A DNA stretch of 64,000 nt, taken from NCBI GenBank assembly GCA_030265395.1, contig JARFYF010000017.1, positions 32,252,214 to 32,316,213 on the forward strand, in the 5' to 3' direction. Each line of letters begins with the position of its first letter. Position 1 is the stretch's first letter. This document shows, in pieces, positions 1-11,358 of this stretch. The position numbers and the translations under genes are program-made. The notes below the pieces were generated by a model. The model worked only from the letters and a program-made list of their open reading frames with translations. It searched no databases and had not been told where the DNA came from. The DNA is from Rhina ancylostomus (lineage: Eukaryota).

Positions 1-410
1 AGGGCTTTTCTCTTTGGAGAGGAGGAGGATGAGAGGTGACTTGATTGAGGTGTACAAGATGATAAGAGGCATAGATCGAGTGGACAGTCAGAAACTTTTT
101 CCTAGGGTGACAATGGCTAACACAAGGGGACATAATTTTAAACTGATTGGAGGAAGATATAAAGGGGATGTCAGGGGTAAGTTTTTTTTACACAGAGAGT
201 GGTGGGTGCGTGGAACGCACTGCCAGCAGAGGTTGTGGGGGTAGATACATTAGGGACATTTAAGAGACTCTTAGATAGACACATGAATGATGGAGAAATG
301 GGGTCTATGTGGGAGGGAAGGGTTATGTAGATCTTAGAGCAGGATAAAATGACGGCACAACATTGTGGGCTGAAGGGCCTGTACTGTGCTGTATCTGTGC
401 TGTTCTATAT
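1..410 (+). mobile_element. CR1-clade LINE 3' end (HER1-like), ORF2 C-terminus plus 3' UTR
   Basis: Translates to LFSLERRRMRGDLIEVYKMIRGIDRVD...NTRGH...KFF, then after a frameshift TQRVVGAWNALP. It ends in the typical tail ggcacaacattgtgggctgaagggcctgtactgtgctgta...gttctat. Confidence 0.95.
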
Positions 411-1134
411 TTGTACAGAGGATGCCCTGGAGTTCCACTGAGATCCTCCAATTTGACCTCATTAGTTCAGCATTGCCTCCACTGTTTCTGTGTGAAGGTG
501 ATGGTGTTTAGCTTCCATGGGCTGAAATCCAGGATCGGCTGAATCTTAGGGCAAAGTTTGTAGTGCCACAGGATAATATTGGAAACATTCTGATCCACAC
601 TGTTGGATCCATTTGCCTCTCTAGTGCATTGAGGAAGAACATTGATCAGAACCAACTGCATTCCAATGGGTGGAGCTTTGCTAAGATTGTAAATGAGAGT
701 GAAAAAAATGAATGATTGCATGGGATGGTAGAGCTTGTGGTTCATTATTTTAAGCTCAAAGTTCAGAAGCATATTTATCCAAGATGATTTCAGTGGAGTC
801 ATTGGAGACCCTCAAAGGAGTACAATGAAGAGTCCCATTTTGTGTGAAAACAAAGGTTAACCTTCCACTCACCGAGCTAGAAGGGGCAACGACCTGTTCT
901 TTACATTTCCATTATGATGCTCCTTACCATTATCCACCACAATGTAGGGAAATAATAAACAGTTACAGTCAGGAAACTAGGTCAGAATATATGCTCTAAA
1001 TAACCCCATTGGAGAAGGATTTGTTTTATAAATAAATTGAAACTTTTGAATGGCTGTGTTAAGGAATTGAATTCTTGGAGACGTCAGAAGGAGAAGGTCG
1101 AAAGTAAACATGGCTCTACTATTTTACAGTTGAA

Positions 1135-1678
1135 GAAGTACATCAGCTTTATCATTTTCCTCCCTGTTTCCAAATGCTCCCATGGTCTCACCCTTCCCTT
1201 TCTCTTCCAGCACTTGAACCCTACAAGTTTCATATGCTGCTTCAGTTCAGGTTTCATGAGCTTCCTCACGTTTAATTGCCCCACTGTTGGTATCCTTCAC
1301 CTCCAGCTACCCTCTCAAAACCTCATCACCGCTTTACCTTTACAATGCTTTCAAAAATCCACCTCTTTGGCTAAGCTTTTGGTCAACTGCCCAATTTCAC
1401 TGGCAAACTGGCAAATTCATTGGGGGCTTTTAAGAGGGGCTTGGATGGGCACATGAATGAGAGGAAAATAGAGGGATATGGGCATTCTGTAGGTAGGAGG
1501 GATTAGCTATGTGGCACAACTTGTGGGCCGAAGAGCCTATTCTGTGCTATGTTGTTCTTTGTTCTATATTTTATCACCTTAAGTCAGTTGGTGCCAATTT
1601 TTTGTTTGATAACTGTCCTGTGAAGTGTGCTTTTGCTTGATTAAAAGCACATCATAAATCTCAGTTGTTGCTGTTGTA
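1135..1678 (+). mobile_element. Old L2-clade LINE 3' remnant, interrupted by a CR1 fragment at about 1420-1568
   Basis: ttccaaatgctcccatggtctcacccttccc resembles the L2 FKSLHGLAPPYL region. The tail tttgataactgtcctgtgaag...ttaaaagcacatcataaatctcagttgttgctgttg resembles the L2 3' end. Confidence 0.6.
1420..1568 (+). mobile_element. Short 5'-truncated CR1 3' fragment
   Basis: tttaagaggggcttggatgggcacatgaatg...ggcacaacttgtgggccgaagagcctattctgtgctatg matches the CR1 tail at 250-410. Confidence 0.85.
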
Positions 1679-1869
1679 GAAGATGGACTATTGGCCAATC
1701 ACCTGCCCTTGAAACTCTTCCTTAATCTGACTTCCATTACCAGAACCTGTTCCATCACAAAACAGGCTCTCAGCTGCTCATAGCCTTTCTCAGCATAAAT
1801 GGCAGGGCCTACCTGCATGGGAATCGTTTGGCAGCTGGTTAAGCCATGCCACCAGGTTCCTGAATATAA

Positions 1870-1995
1870 AAAGAAACACAGCAGATTCTGGAAATCTAAA
1901 ATAAAAACAGGAAAGGCCACAGCTGTGGGAGAAAAAACAGAGTTATCATTTCAGGCTGAAGACCCTTCACCTCAGCATTTTCTGTTTTTATTTTA
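1870..1995. mobile_element. Penelope-derived inverted (hairpin) repeat remnant
   Basis: gcagattctggaaatctaaaataaaaacagg ... cagcattttctgtttttattttac form inverted arms. The central tttcaggctgaagacccttca is a hammerhead-like remnant on the minus strand. Confidence 0.6.
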
Positions 1996-2311
1996 CACCA
2001 TGAGGTTCATTGGCTGTCAGAGTAGTCAAGGATATTGATTGTTTGGGAATGTCTCTGCCATTCAAATACGATTAAAAATACAATTACTAATCAAAGGTAC
2101 TATTAAGTATATTTCCAACTTTTTTTAGAAAACAACAAAATATTATAATACAGGATAACAAATGAAATGCATTTCATTTGAATCAATCTAATTAAATAAA
2201 ATGAATAAGGGCAGAAATGAAAGTAGGGATTTACAAGACTTAATCAGAATGTCCGTTATGTTGTACCATACATATTAATAATAAGTTCAAAAAATCATTA
2301 TTATAGTAGGG

Positions 2312-2782
2312 TCACTGGTGGCTTATTCTGTAGCACTCATGGTCTTTGATCCAAAATATTATGCGTTCAAGTTTAACTTAAGGAATAAGACTTGTACCTC
2401 AGTAACACTTCACCTGCAGGACTGAAGGAGAGCTGCACTATTGAGGGTGCTGTCTGTTAGATGGGATTTTAAACTGAAGTCTCATCTTCCCTATTTCAAT
2501 TGCGTGCACAAGATCTTATGGGACTACTTCAGAGAGGAGCATGTGAGGTATTGTGGTGTCCTGGCCAACATTCATCTGTTACCCAATCCCATATGAAGAG
2601 AGCAACTGGTCATCATTGCACCATCACATGGCTCTTTCTGGGAACCTGTTGTGCACAAAATATCTGCTATGTTCCTTTTGAAAACAAGTGCAACTGCATT
2701 CCCAAAGTACTTCGTTGGATGAAAAATATTTAGTAATGACTGAAGAACATGAAAGTCACTGTTTACATTAATCTTTCTTTTA
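2312..2782 (+). mobile_element. Deu-domain SINE (SacSINE1-like), near full length and diverged
   Basis: Has a tRNA-like head (gtagcactc...gttcaagt), actgaaggagagctgcact, the Deu core ggtgtcctggccaacattcatc and an L2-like tail ending in tctttctttt. Confidence 0.85.
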
Positions 2783-5700
2783 GCAGGTACAATTGTCATC
2801 CTGCTGTTACCACAGCATAACAACGTTAAATCAAAAGCTTTTAACAGGATAGGTAATTATCTGTGTGGTTCAAAAAAGGGCCACAGTTGCTCTCTGAGCA
2901 TGAACATTGCCATAATTTGTGAATATTCTGTTTCAACCAACACTCATTATAAAGGCAGTAATGAGGCTCCTTTGATAGTGAGGAGAGTAGAACAGTGCAA
3001 AGAAAATACACTTTTACAGATAGAGATTTTTCAATAAATTTTAACATTTCTGGTATCTATTACCTAAAACATGCCAACAGAATCATTTATCAATATTGTA
3101 CACTGTCAGTTTAATTACTGTTATTATAAAATACCTCCATGAATTCAGTCCTATGATCTTTAATAATGACTATCTACTAAACCGACTGCTGATTCATAAC
3201 TGTCAGAAGCCAGTTCGGCCCACTGAGGTGAACAAAGTAAGCATAATTTTCAATAAAAGGGCAAACAATTTTATGTGGATCAGTTATTAAATAAATCATT
3301 ACAGAATTTATGGTCTGCATAAACTGATAATGATGAACACATTCTATACATGAAAACTAATATGGTGTTCTTCATAATTGCCAATTGTGAATAATATGTA
3401 AATTTTATATACAGCTAAGGTTAATAGTGCTTAGTGGTTCCAAGGCTGATGTAAGTAAAGGAGTCCTGTGTCTTTTACCACACTTCTAGCCTCATATTTG
3501 ACAAAATTGGATATACCATAGGACTTCCTGAACATTCACAGTAAAGGTAGCCTGTGGATATCCAGCCATGAAATTGTATTGTGTTGTCATCATCAAGTAT
3601 AAAAGGCCCATGAAAATGGCACAGGAATCATCATATCGAAGGCATCTCTTGGTGAATCATAAAATAGACTAAGCAGAATGTAAAACATAAAGCATGCTTC
3701 TTATAGATTGGGTACAGAGAGCAGATGAAGAAGATAAATAAAATTTTGAAGGCTTTCATAATTTGGAAGATGCGTATTACTAGTGAATGTTAACTTAGAT
3801 ACTTCTTAATAGTTGGAATTTAATGTGTCTGTAATTGTTGACTCATTTTTTGCACTGATATCAATAACATCCACATTTATATTTTCAGACTAGCATTGCC
3901 ACTAAAGTGAGAACCTTCGGTGCTTCAGAGTGTCACTCCTAAAATAAAATTCCAGTGTTCCAGAATGTGTGGTCAGCAGTTACCTGTTGTAGGTCCCTTG
4001 TCAGTTGTGGCACAGGGCATGCTTCAAAATTAGTAGAATCTCCCAGATTTTGTTTGCAACACTAACCTTACTGTGCTTACTCTTTAGTTACATTTTGCTT
4101 TTTGGCTTCCTTGTGGACAAACACAATGGCTACATTTTTATAAAAAGGGCTCTCTCATTCTAGCAAGAGGACAATTGTTATTTGGCCAACTTGCTTAGTA
4201 GTAAATCTAGCTTTTCATTGGAACTGGTGTGCCACACTGACCCTAATCATGAATCCACTCAGTGTTACCCCTCAGAAACACATTGAGCAGTGAGCCAGGC
4301 CTATCCACTAATGCTGGTTAGAAAGTGACCACCTGCTACAGAAGCAATAATCTAAATGCAGGTGCAAAAGTTTCCTTATGCTGTCAAATTATACTGCAAT
4401 CTTCTGTTTTATGCAGCATATTTTATGATGCTCTACCATCTGTGGTAATAGCTTACTGTGATTATTTACATATATAAGAATCCACATCCATCTGCCAGGT
4501 ACAACTGTCCCATAATGGGCTAACCCATTTTTCACAGTAAAACAACTTGCTTACTTACAATCTGGAAACAGAATCAAATGACTGATGACTTGCACACTGA
4601 ACATTCATAACTTACCACCTTAACTGCATGGATTGGAAGGACAGGTAGCACTTTTAAACAAAGAATGCTTGCAAAATCATCTCTACTAAAAGTATTATTT
4701 TGTACTTTGCATTTAAAGCACGTCATTATTGGTAAATACAGTGAAAAGTATTCGATTGTCGTTATTGTGAGAAAATGAATGACTTGGACTTAAAATATTG
4801 TTATTTTGTAGTGTCTATAAATGTTAAAGTCCCTTATGAATATATATGGACTAATATTGTATTCATATTCAAGGGGAGAAGAAAAATAAATATTTTATTC
4901 AGCTACTTCACAGCAATTCAGTTCAGTCACTGACATAAAACTCCAAGACAAAAGATAGGAGTCAAATCCTCATTTAGGTCCAGCTGCCTGAATTTATGTC
5001 TATTTATTGAAATGAGAAGTGCATTCTAAGAGGTTACATTTGGTCTACTTATTGTGATTGAGCATGAAATGTCTGTCCCGTTTGTCTCAAAATTCCATAG
5101 TAACTGTACCATATAAACATTTTAAATGACTGGTGCTATATTAGTTAAAAGCAGTAAAAGCACAGGCTCAACAGTTAACTGCAATGTAAATCACTGAAAC
5201 TGTAGTTGAAAAGGAACCAGAAACAAAACTCTAAGATTGCAGGACAATGTTAGGCCCTATACTTGAGTGTGCATTAATTTTCTGTTAAGAATGAATATTT
5301 TAATTGAATGATACACAACTGGTCTATCATCAGCTTCCCAGTGCTGTTGAGAGACCAGTTCACCATCACAAAATGATTCAAAAAAATACAACTGTTGTCT
5401 CAATGTTTCCTCACTTGTCTGGTGTCACAAAGTGACATCACNNNNNNNNNNNNNNNNNNNNNNNNNNNNNNNNNNNNNNNNNNNNNNNNNNNNNNNNNNN
5501 NNNNNNNNNNNNNNNNNNNNNNNNNNNNNNNNNNNNNNNNNCTTTCTATCAAGACATCTCTTTTTCTTTATTGTTCAGAAGCCCACCTTTAACAAGAGGC
5601 AGCTTGAGAGACACCATTTCTATGTGCAGGGATAATTTGCACAAATGGAATACCAGAAATGTAGCTCTCCAACATTATACATATTTTCCATCTCAAATTA

Positions 5701-6854
5701 TTTGGTCTTGATCACAACATTTTGATGTTTTTGTCATACTATACTGGATTAATAATAGAGGATAAACAAATGTGACTAATATACCTCTTTTACATGATTT
5801 TTAGAATACCTTAGTATTACTAGCTGATGTAATTGGAGGAGAACAAGTGCAATGCTTTTACAACTGTGGACTTTGCTCCATAGTTGAGCACAAGCACAAC
5901 ATCATAAATAAAAGTGTCCTTTTTGCTGTTAATAATATATAAATACTACATTTATCTTCCAAATAAAAATAAAAAAATAAAAATATAGTTGTTTCATAGG
6001 AGAGAGGAAAACACCCCACTAAATATATTATTAATCTATGCTTTATTCACTATCAAGCATCTTACACCCTATAATTTTTCACAGCATTGTGACTGAACAG
6101 TAAATATTCTAACCACTGGATCTTTACTGATAGAGAAAATAAAAACATCACACTTCCCAAATTCCACTCCTCATCATTCCTTCCTGATATTGTCTAACAA
6201 ACACATAGAATGTGATGTTGAAAAGTAAACTTAAAAGGTATGCAAGGTATTTGTATCAATATTGTTGTACACCCTGTGCAAATAATTGCTTTTTATACCC
6301 CAGTGTTGGACAGTTATTGAAATGTTTTTCTGAAGTAACATTATTACTCTTCATCACTAATGTCCTTAAAATGGTAGCCTTACCATCCCATTAACACTGA
6401 CATAGAAACTGATGGAATTTTGCATGGGGTCAGTTATCCATCCCCATAAAGCATGTATCTGACTCAAACAGTGGGCTCCTTCTAACTTATAAATAGAGGT
6501 CTTAGGACACAAACTGGCAGTCTGGGTTGAAGTGTGTACTCTGCATGCTCCCACAATGGTAACAGAAGGGCAGCTAACATTGGAATCAAAAGTGAGGTTG
6601 CTTTGTCACCACAGGAGCCGGTATTCAGCTGGTGCATTCAGTCAGGTGCCTGAAAGTCAAAGATATCCTCATGATCATTTGTTTCAACCTTTGTCATTAG
6701 TGCATGTTATTTCCCCACAGTTCAGATGCACGTGTTAAAAGGAGAGAAGATTTAATAAGGTTCACTGCAGGAAATGGGTTATTATTACAATAACTATTTT
6801 TTTCAACTTTCTGCTTTTAAAAGTGGTTCTCAAAACATATATTACTCTGCAGAT

Positions 6855-7179
6855 ATAGTGCAGCATGGAAACAGGCCCTTCAGCCCACAGTCTATGCTAT
6901 CAATCACTCATTTACATTAATCCTACATTAATCCCATTTTTGTTTATTCTCCCCACATTTTCAAGGACTACCCCATATTCTACCACTAGTCTACATACCA
7001 GGGGCAATTTACAGTGGGCAAATCAACTGCCAGCCTGCATGTATTTGTGATATGGGAAGAAACCTGAAGACCCAGGGAAAATGTGCAAACTCCACACAGA
7101 TAGCACCCGAAGACACGATTGGACCCAGGTGTCTAGCACTGTGAAGCAACAGCTCTACAAGTGCACCACTGTGCCACCC
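6855..7179 (-). mobile_element. HE1-like V-SINE with CR1-type tail
   Basis: The reverse complement starts gggtggcacagtggtgcact...gctgttgcttcacag. It contains the V-domain (tgtgtggagtttgcaca) and the tail gggctgaagggcctgtttccatgctg. Confidence 0.9.
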
Positions 7180-7227
7180 GTATGTTTGCAGTATTTCGAT
7201 ATACTAAAATAAAACTGAAATACAAAT

Positions 7228-7795
7228 AACTCTCATTTATGGAGCTTTTCTCACATCCTCAGGATGTCCCAAAGCAGTTTACAGAACACACATTACTTTC
7301 GAAATGGAGCCATTAATAATTGATAATGGAGGCATGGGATCCAACACATGTACCAAAGATCCCACAAGTAGTAATTAAATATATTACCAGCTAATTGCTT
7401 AGAAATTCACCCCCGGTAATAGTGTTAAATATGCTCTATAGGACCATTAGCAAGTTGTAATCAGAAATTAAGCTGCATCTCACAGCTTTATTTAGTGCTA
7501 CTGGCTGGAGTGAATTTCTAGGCAATTTGTTTTGGTGGAGTTGGCTGAGTGATGAACAGTGGGCAGACACAGGGACAATTCTAGTGCTTGTCTTTGAAAT
7601 GGTTCATGGGATCACTTATAGTCTACTGAACAGACAGACAATGTCTTAGTTTAGTTTTTCATCTGAAGGACATTATCTCTGAAAATGCATTACTACCTGA
7701 GTACAGCATTAATCTGTCAGTCAAGGTTATGTGCTCAAGACCTGGAATGACAATTTTCTGACTCCTATGCGAGAACATTGGCATTGAATCAAACT
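7228..7795 (-). mobile_element. Deu-domain SINE (SacSINE1-like), interrupted at 7393-7527
   Basis: cctcaggatgtcccaaagc (tail), gatcccacaag, atgggatc, tttcatctgaaggaca and tgtgctcaag...ttctgactc (head) are colinear with the reverse complement of 2312-2782. Confidence 0.8.
7393..7527. mobile_element. MITE-like 135-bp insertion with 18-bp terminal inverted repeats
   Basis: aattgcttagaaattcac (7393-7410) matches the reverse complement of gtgaatttctaggcaatt (7510-7527) with 1 mismatch. It interrupts a SINE. Confidence 0.65.
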
Positions 7796-8817
7796 ACTGC
7801 TAAAGAGAGAGAGGTCAGATCTTGGTGATGACAGAGATGTTATTTGCCTTAACCTGGCATTGAGCAATGTTAATGTGCAAATATAGATGAATGATTAAAC
7901 CACTGAGTTTGAAAATATTTGCCTGTTAATGACTTTTCAGATTGAATCAATGAGTTGCAGATTTATTTGTTGTCTTTTCAGGTTGTACTCAGTATTCAGA
8001 GATATCCACAGGTTTATGCCTAGAAATTGCATTTCACCCTTTTCTAGTGAGCTGCATTATAGTGCAGAAACTCATTCAGTTCCACACAAAGAATCATGAA
8101 ATTAACTAAAATGATATTAGAATCAGCACTGTGTGGTTTACATCTAGAACTATGCACTGAAATGGGACCAGTATAGAGCATTGCACTCAAACTGTTCAAT
8201 TTATGTCAGTAAGGGCAGAGATGGGTATGGTACCAATTATGATATCATTGGAGATGCACCTGGTGCCGGTTAAACATCAAATGCTCAAAGGTGAATTAAA
8301 CAATGAAGGGCTCAGTTCAATTTCCTATGGGTGCTGTTTCGCCATGGTGAAATGATCACCATAGTGAAACCTTGCATTAACTCACTTTATACGACCATAA
8401 GAAAGAGGGGAGTGGGGTGCAGGAAATTAATTCTCTTTGCACTTTGATTTTTTTCTCTCTTTTTGACTTTTTCTGAAATGGAATGTGATTGAATGATGTT
8501 ACCCTTCCTGATACAGGTCTCCTCACTTCACACACAAAGTTTTCCATAGATTAAATCGGACAAGTAAAAGATTAATTGAAACTCCTAATTTCATATGTGC
8601 TTGAGAACTCATTCTGTTACTTTGATATGAGCCCTCTTCAAATGGTTATTTAGAATCTTTAGAATTCTAATTTTAGTCATAATGGAGAGGGTGAAACATA
8701 TACTTTACTTCAGAGGAAATTGCACCTGAGTGGCTCAGACTCAAACCATCTTAACTTATTGCAAACAAAACTAGAAAACAGAATGATCAAGATAACAGAA
8801 AGATAATTCCAGTGTAA

Positions 8818-9058
8818 AGTAACACACAAAGCGCTAGAGGAACTCAGCAGGTAGAAGAGCATCTATGGAGGGAAATGGACATTCGACCTTTCAGGTCGAG
8901 ACCTTTCATCTGGACTGAAAAAAAGAGGGGAGATAGCCAGTATAAAAAGATGGAGGGAAGGGGTAGATGGAGTATCAAAAGATGGAGAGCAAGAGCTTGC
9001 AGGTGATATGTGCACTCAGGGGAGGGTGATAGATAGATGAGGGGTTGGGGGAGGGGAC
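8818..9058 (-). mobile_element. Penelope-like element terminal region with degenerate minimal hammerhead motif
   Basis: The minus strand reads a pyrimidine-rich UTR, then cagtccagatgaaaggtctcgacctgaaaggtcgaatg, then catagatgctc...ctgctgagttcctctagcgctttgtgtgtt. Confidence 0.75.
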
Positions 9059-10951
9059 AATGTAAAGTACTAGTATAAAATATCTATCTAGTTACCTGAA
9101 ACATTCTGCAGGCAGCTGCATCTTTCATGTATTTTGAGGGAATGTTTCAAGTGTTGATTGATTCTGGAGAGTAGTTTCTTAAAAGATGAACTTGTTTTTA
9201 ATGATAGCATTTGAACCATCTCTTCCATACACCTTGCACCACTCTCACTTTGTTACCCCACTGCCATCTCTCACTACCATTGCACTATTCAAAAGACCAC
9301 GACTTATGTGGTCAGTCTGTTCTTTCTGACTTAAGTTCTCTTAAAACTTCCTTAAGTTACAAATCAAAAGCATTGACCATCAAAGTGCAGGAGATGGATA
9401 AAAAAAATAATGTAAGTTGAAAAAAATCATGAGTTTACAAGAAAAGCAATCTTATGTTCTGAAAATGCAAGCAATCATTGTGGACTAAATCTGTCATACA
9501 AATGGTACATCTGTTTCAATACATGATGGGTGTTTTCCCAATACCTGCTGNNNNNNNNNNNNNNNNNNNNNNNNNNNNNNNNNNNNNNNNNNNNNNNNNN
9601 NNNNNNNNNNNNNNNNNNNNNNNNNNNNNNNNNNNNNNNNNNNNNNNNNNTCCCAATACCTGCTGTTAAAATAGATCTGCTAAGAACGTTATCCTGGGGG
9701 TTGACAAGTATGGAAGTCTGAATAATGGATACCTTCACGCCAGTATACTTTCTGTTGTTGGTGAAGGATTCATTCAACAGTTCAGTAATTGCAGTACTTA
9801 TTCCATATTCACCAAGAACCTTATGCTTTTCCCTCCCTCACTGACCTCCCTCAATGCTCAGTTGACAACCACACAAAAATAAAGCCACCTCAAAATAAAC
9901 ATCTGGCATCAAGTTTACCAATTAAATCGCATGATATTAACATAACAATGAACTAATCACCCTTGTGTTTGCCCTTAGTACTGATTTTCTCCATGACTTT
10001 GCTTGAACAAATGCTCCTTTAGTGTTCCAACAATGGCTACAACATAACTGATGGAAGGATGTTGCTTCCATTGGTAGTGGCAATCGACAGCAGTTTTGGA
10101 GGATGATCTCCAGAATCTTAAGGTTTAATTGGCTCAGCTTCAGCCCACATCACTGCAACATGGGCAGCATCAGTCTGAGCCATTTGTCTAACTTAGGCCA
10201 GATAGCTAATAGATAACAGCAAAGGCAGTTGGAGTGGTAGGGCATGGGACGACAAATGATAAAAAAGCAGGCTTACATTCCAGGAGGTACTAGCATGCAG
10301 TGCATTTACATGATGTGGTTTTAGTGGTTGAATAGCTGACAGGGTGTCTCTCTATGAGATGTGGGCAAGCCTTGTAGAGCTGCCAAGTCTCTCTGGCTGT
10401 GGCACAATATAATGAATTTTAGATACGAGCCTTGATGGATTAGGATTGTTGAAAGATGTGTGGTGAATTAAGCAGTGCTTGAGGCTAGAGGTACAGTTAC
10501 TAGAAGAAGATATCTAATGATGCATTCACTGAGTATGATCACCTGTGAGATCACTGAACCCATTGCACACATTGGGTCCTTGGGGCTATACTTTTCACAT
10601 TGATCTCAAAGTCTACCAGTGCCTTCTGAACATGTATGAGGAAGGCTTCTGGACTCCTTGCAGATAAAGGAGATCACACTAATTTGTACTTCCTCCACCA
10701 AGGTTTCCAGTGCACCATCATTGGATCACTGAGTCTGCTGTCTTCTATTCTCCACTGTCTCCCAGGTCAACTTGACTTGTAATAGTGCATCTAACATGCT
10801 AAGTAAATGGGATGCAAAAATATACTTCGCTTTGTCTCCCCTTTAGCATAAAATTAAGTCTGTGCTTCCCCAATTCCAAAATTTCACTTTCCCTGGGATC
10901 TGTCCAAGCATCTCACCACCTCAAACGGGCTTAGTCAAATAATTCTGATGT

Positions 10952-11358
10952 TGTGGCGACTTACCTTTCACGAACCGGCTCCCACGATTGCGAGCGTCGT
11001 CAGAGGCCCTGACACAAGATGGCGTGGGGCGCTCCTTCTTTGTGGGCTAGTGGAGCCCGTGTGCGGGAAGGTCATGTGACCTGCGCATGACGTCAGCGCG
11101 GGAACGATGTTTATTAAAGGGGCAGCGCACCCCAGTCGTTCATTCGACTCTTGGACTCCAAGCAAGTGTCCCGTGTCTTTATTCAGTGTAGCTANNNNNN
11201 NNNNNNNNNNNNNNNNNNNNNNNNNNNNNNNNNNNNNNNNNNNNNNNNNNNNNNNNNNNNNNNNNNNNNNNNNNNNNNNNNNNNNNNNNNNNNNTCATTC
11301 AACTCTTGGACTCCAAATAAGGGTCCCGTGTCTTTATTCAGTGTAGCTAGCCGCTACA
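10952..11358. mobile_element. LTR (Gypsy-like) with a 4-bp TSD; either a solo LTR or a collapsed full element across the gap
   Basis: Termini are TGTGGCGAC...GCCGCTACA (TG...CA, imperfect inverted repeat). ATGT flanks both ends (10948-10951 and 11359-11362). It is CpG-rich, unlike its surroundings. Confidence 0.8.

Noticed and set aside
9536-9665. Direct repeats flanking 100-N gaps (also around 44834-44989 and 48741-48886)
   Set aside because: These are unmerged contig overlaps around placeholder gaps, i.e. assembly artefacts.
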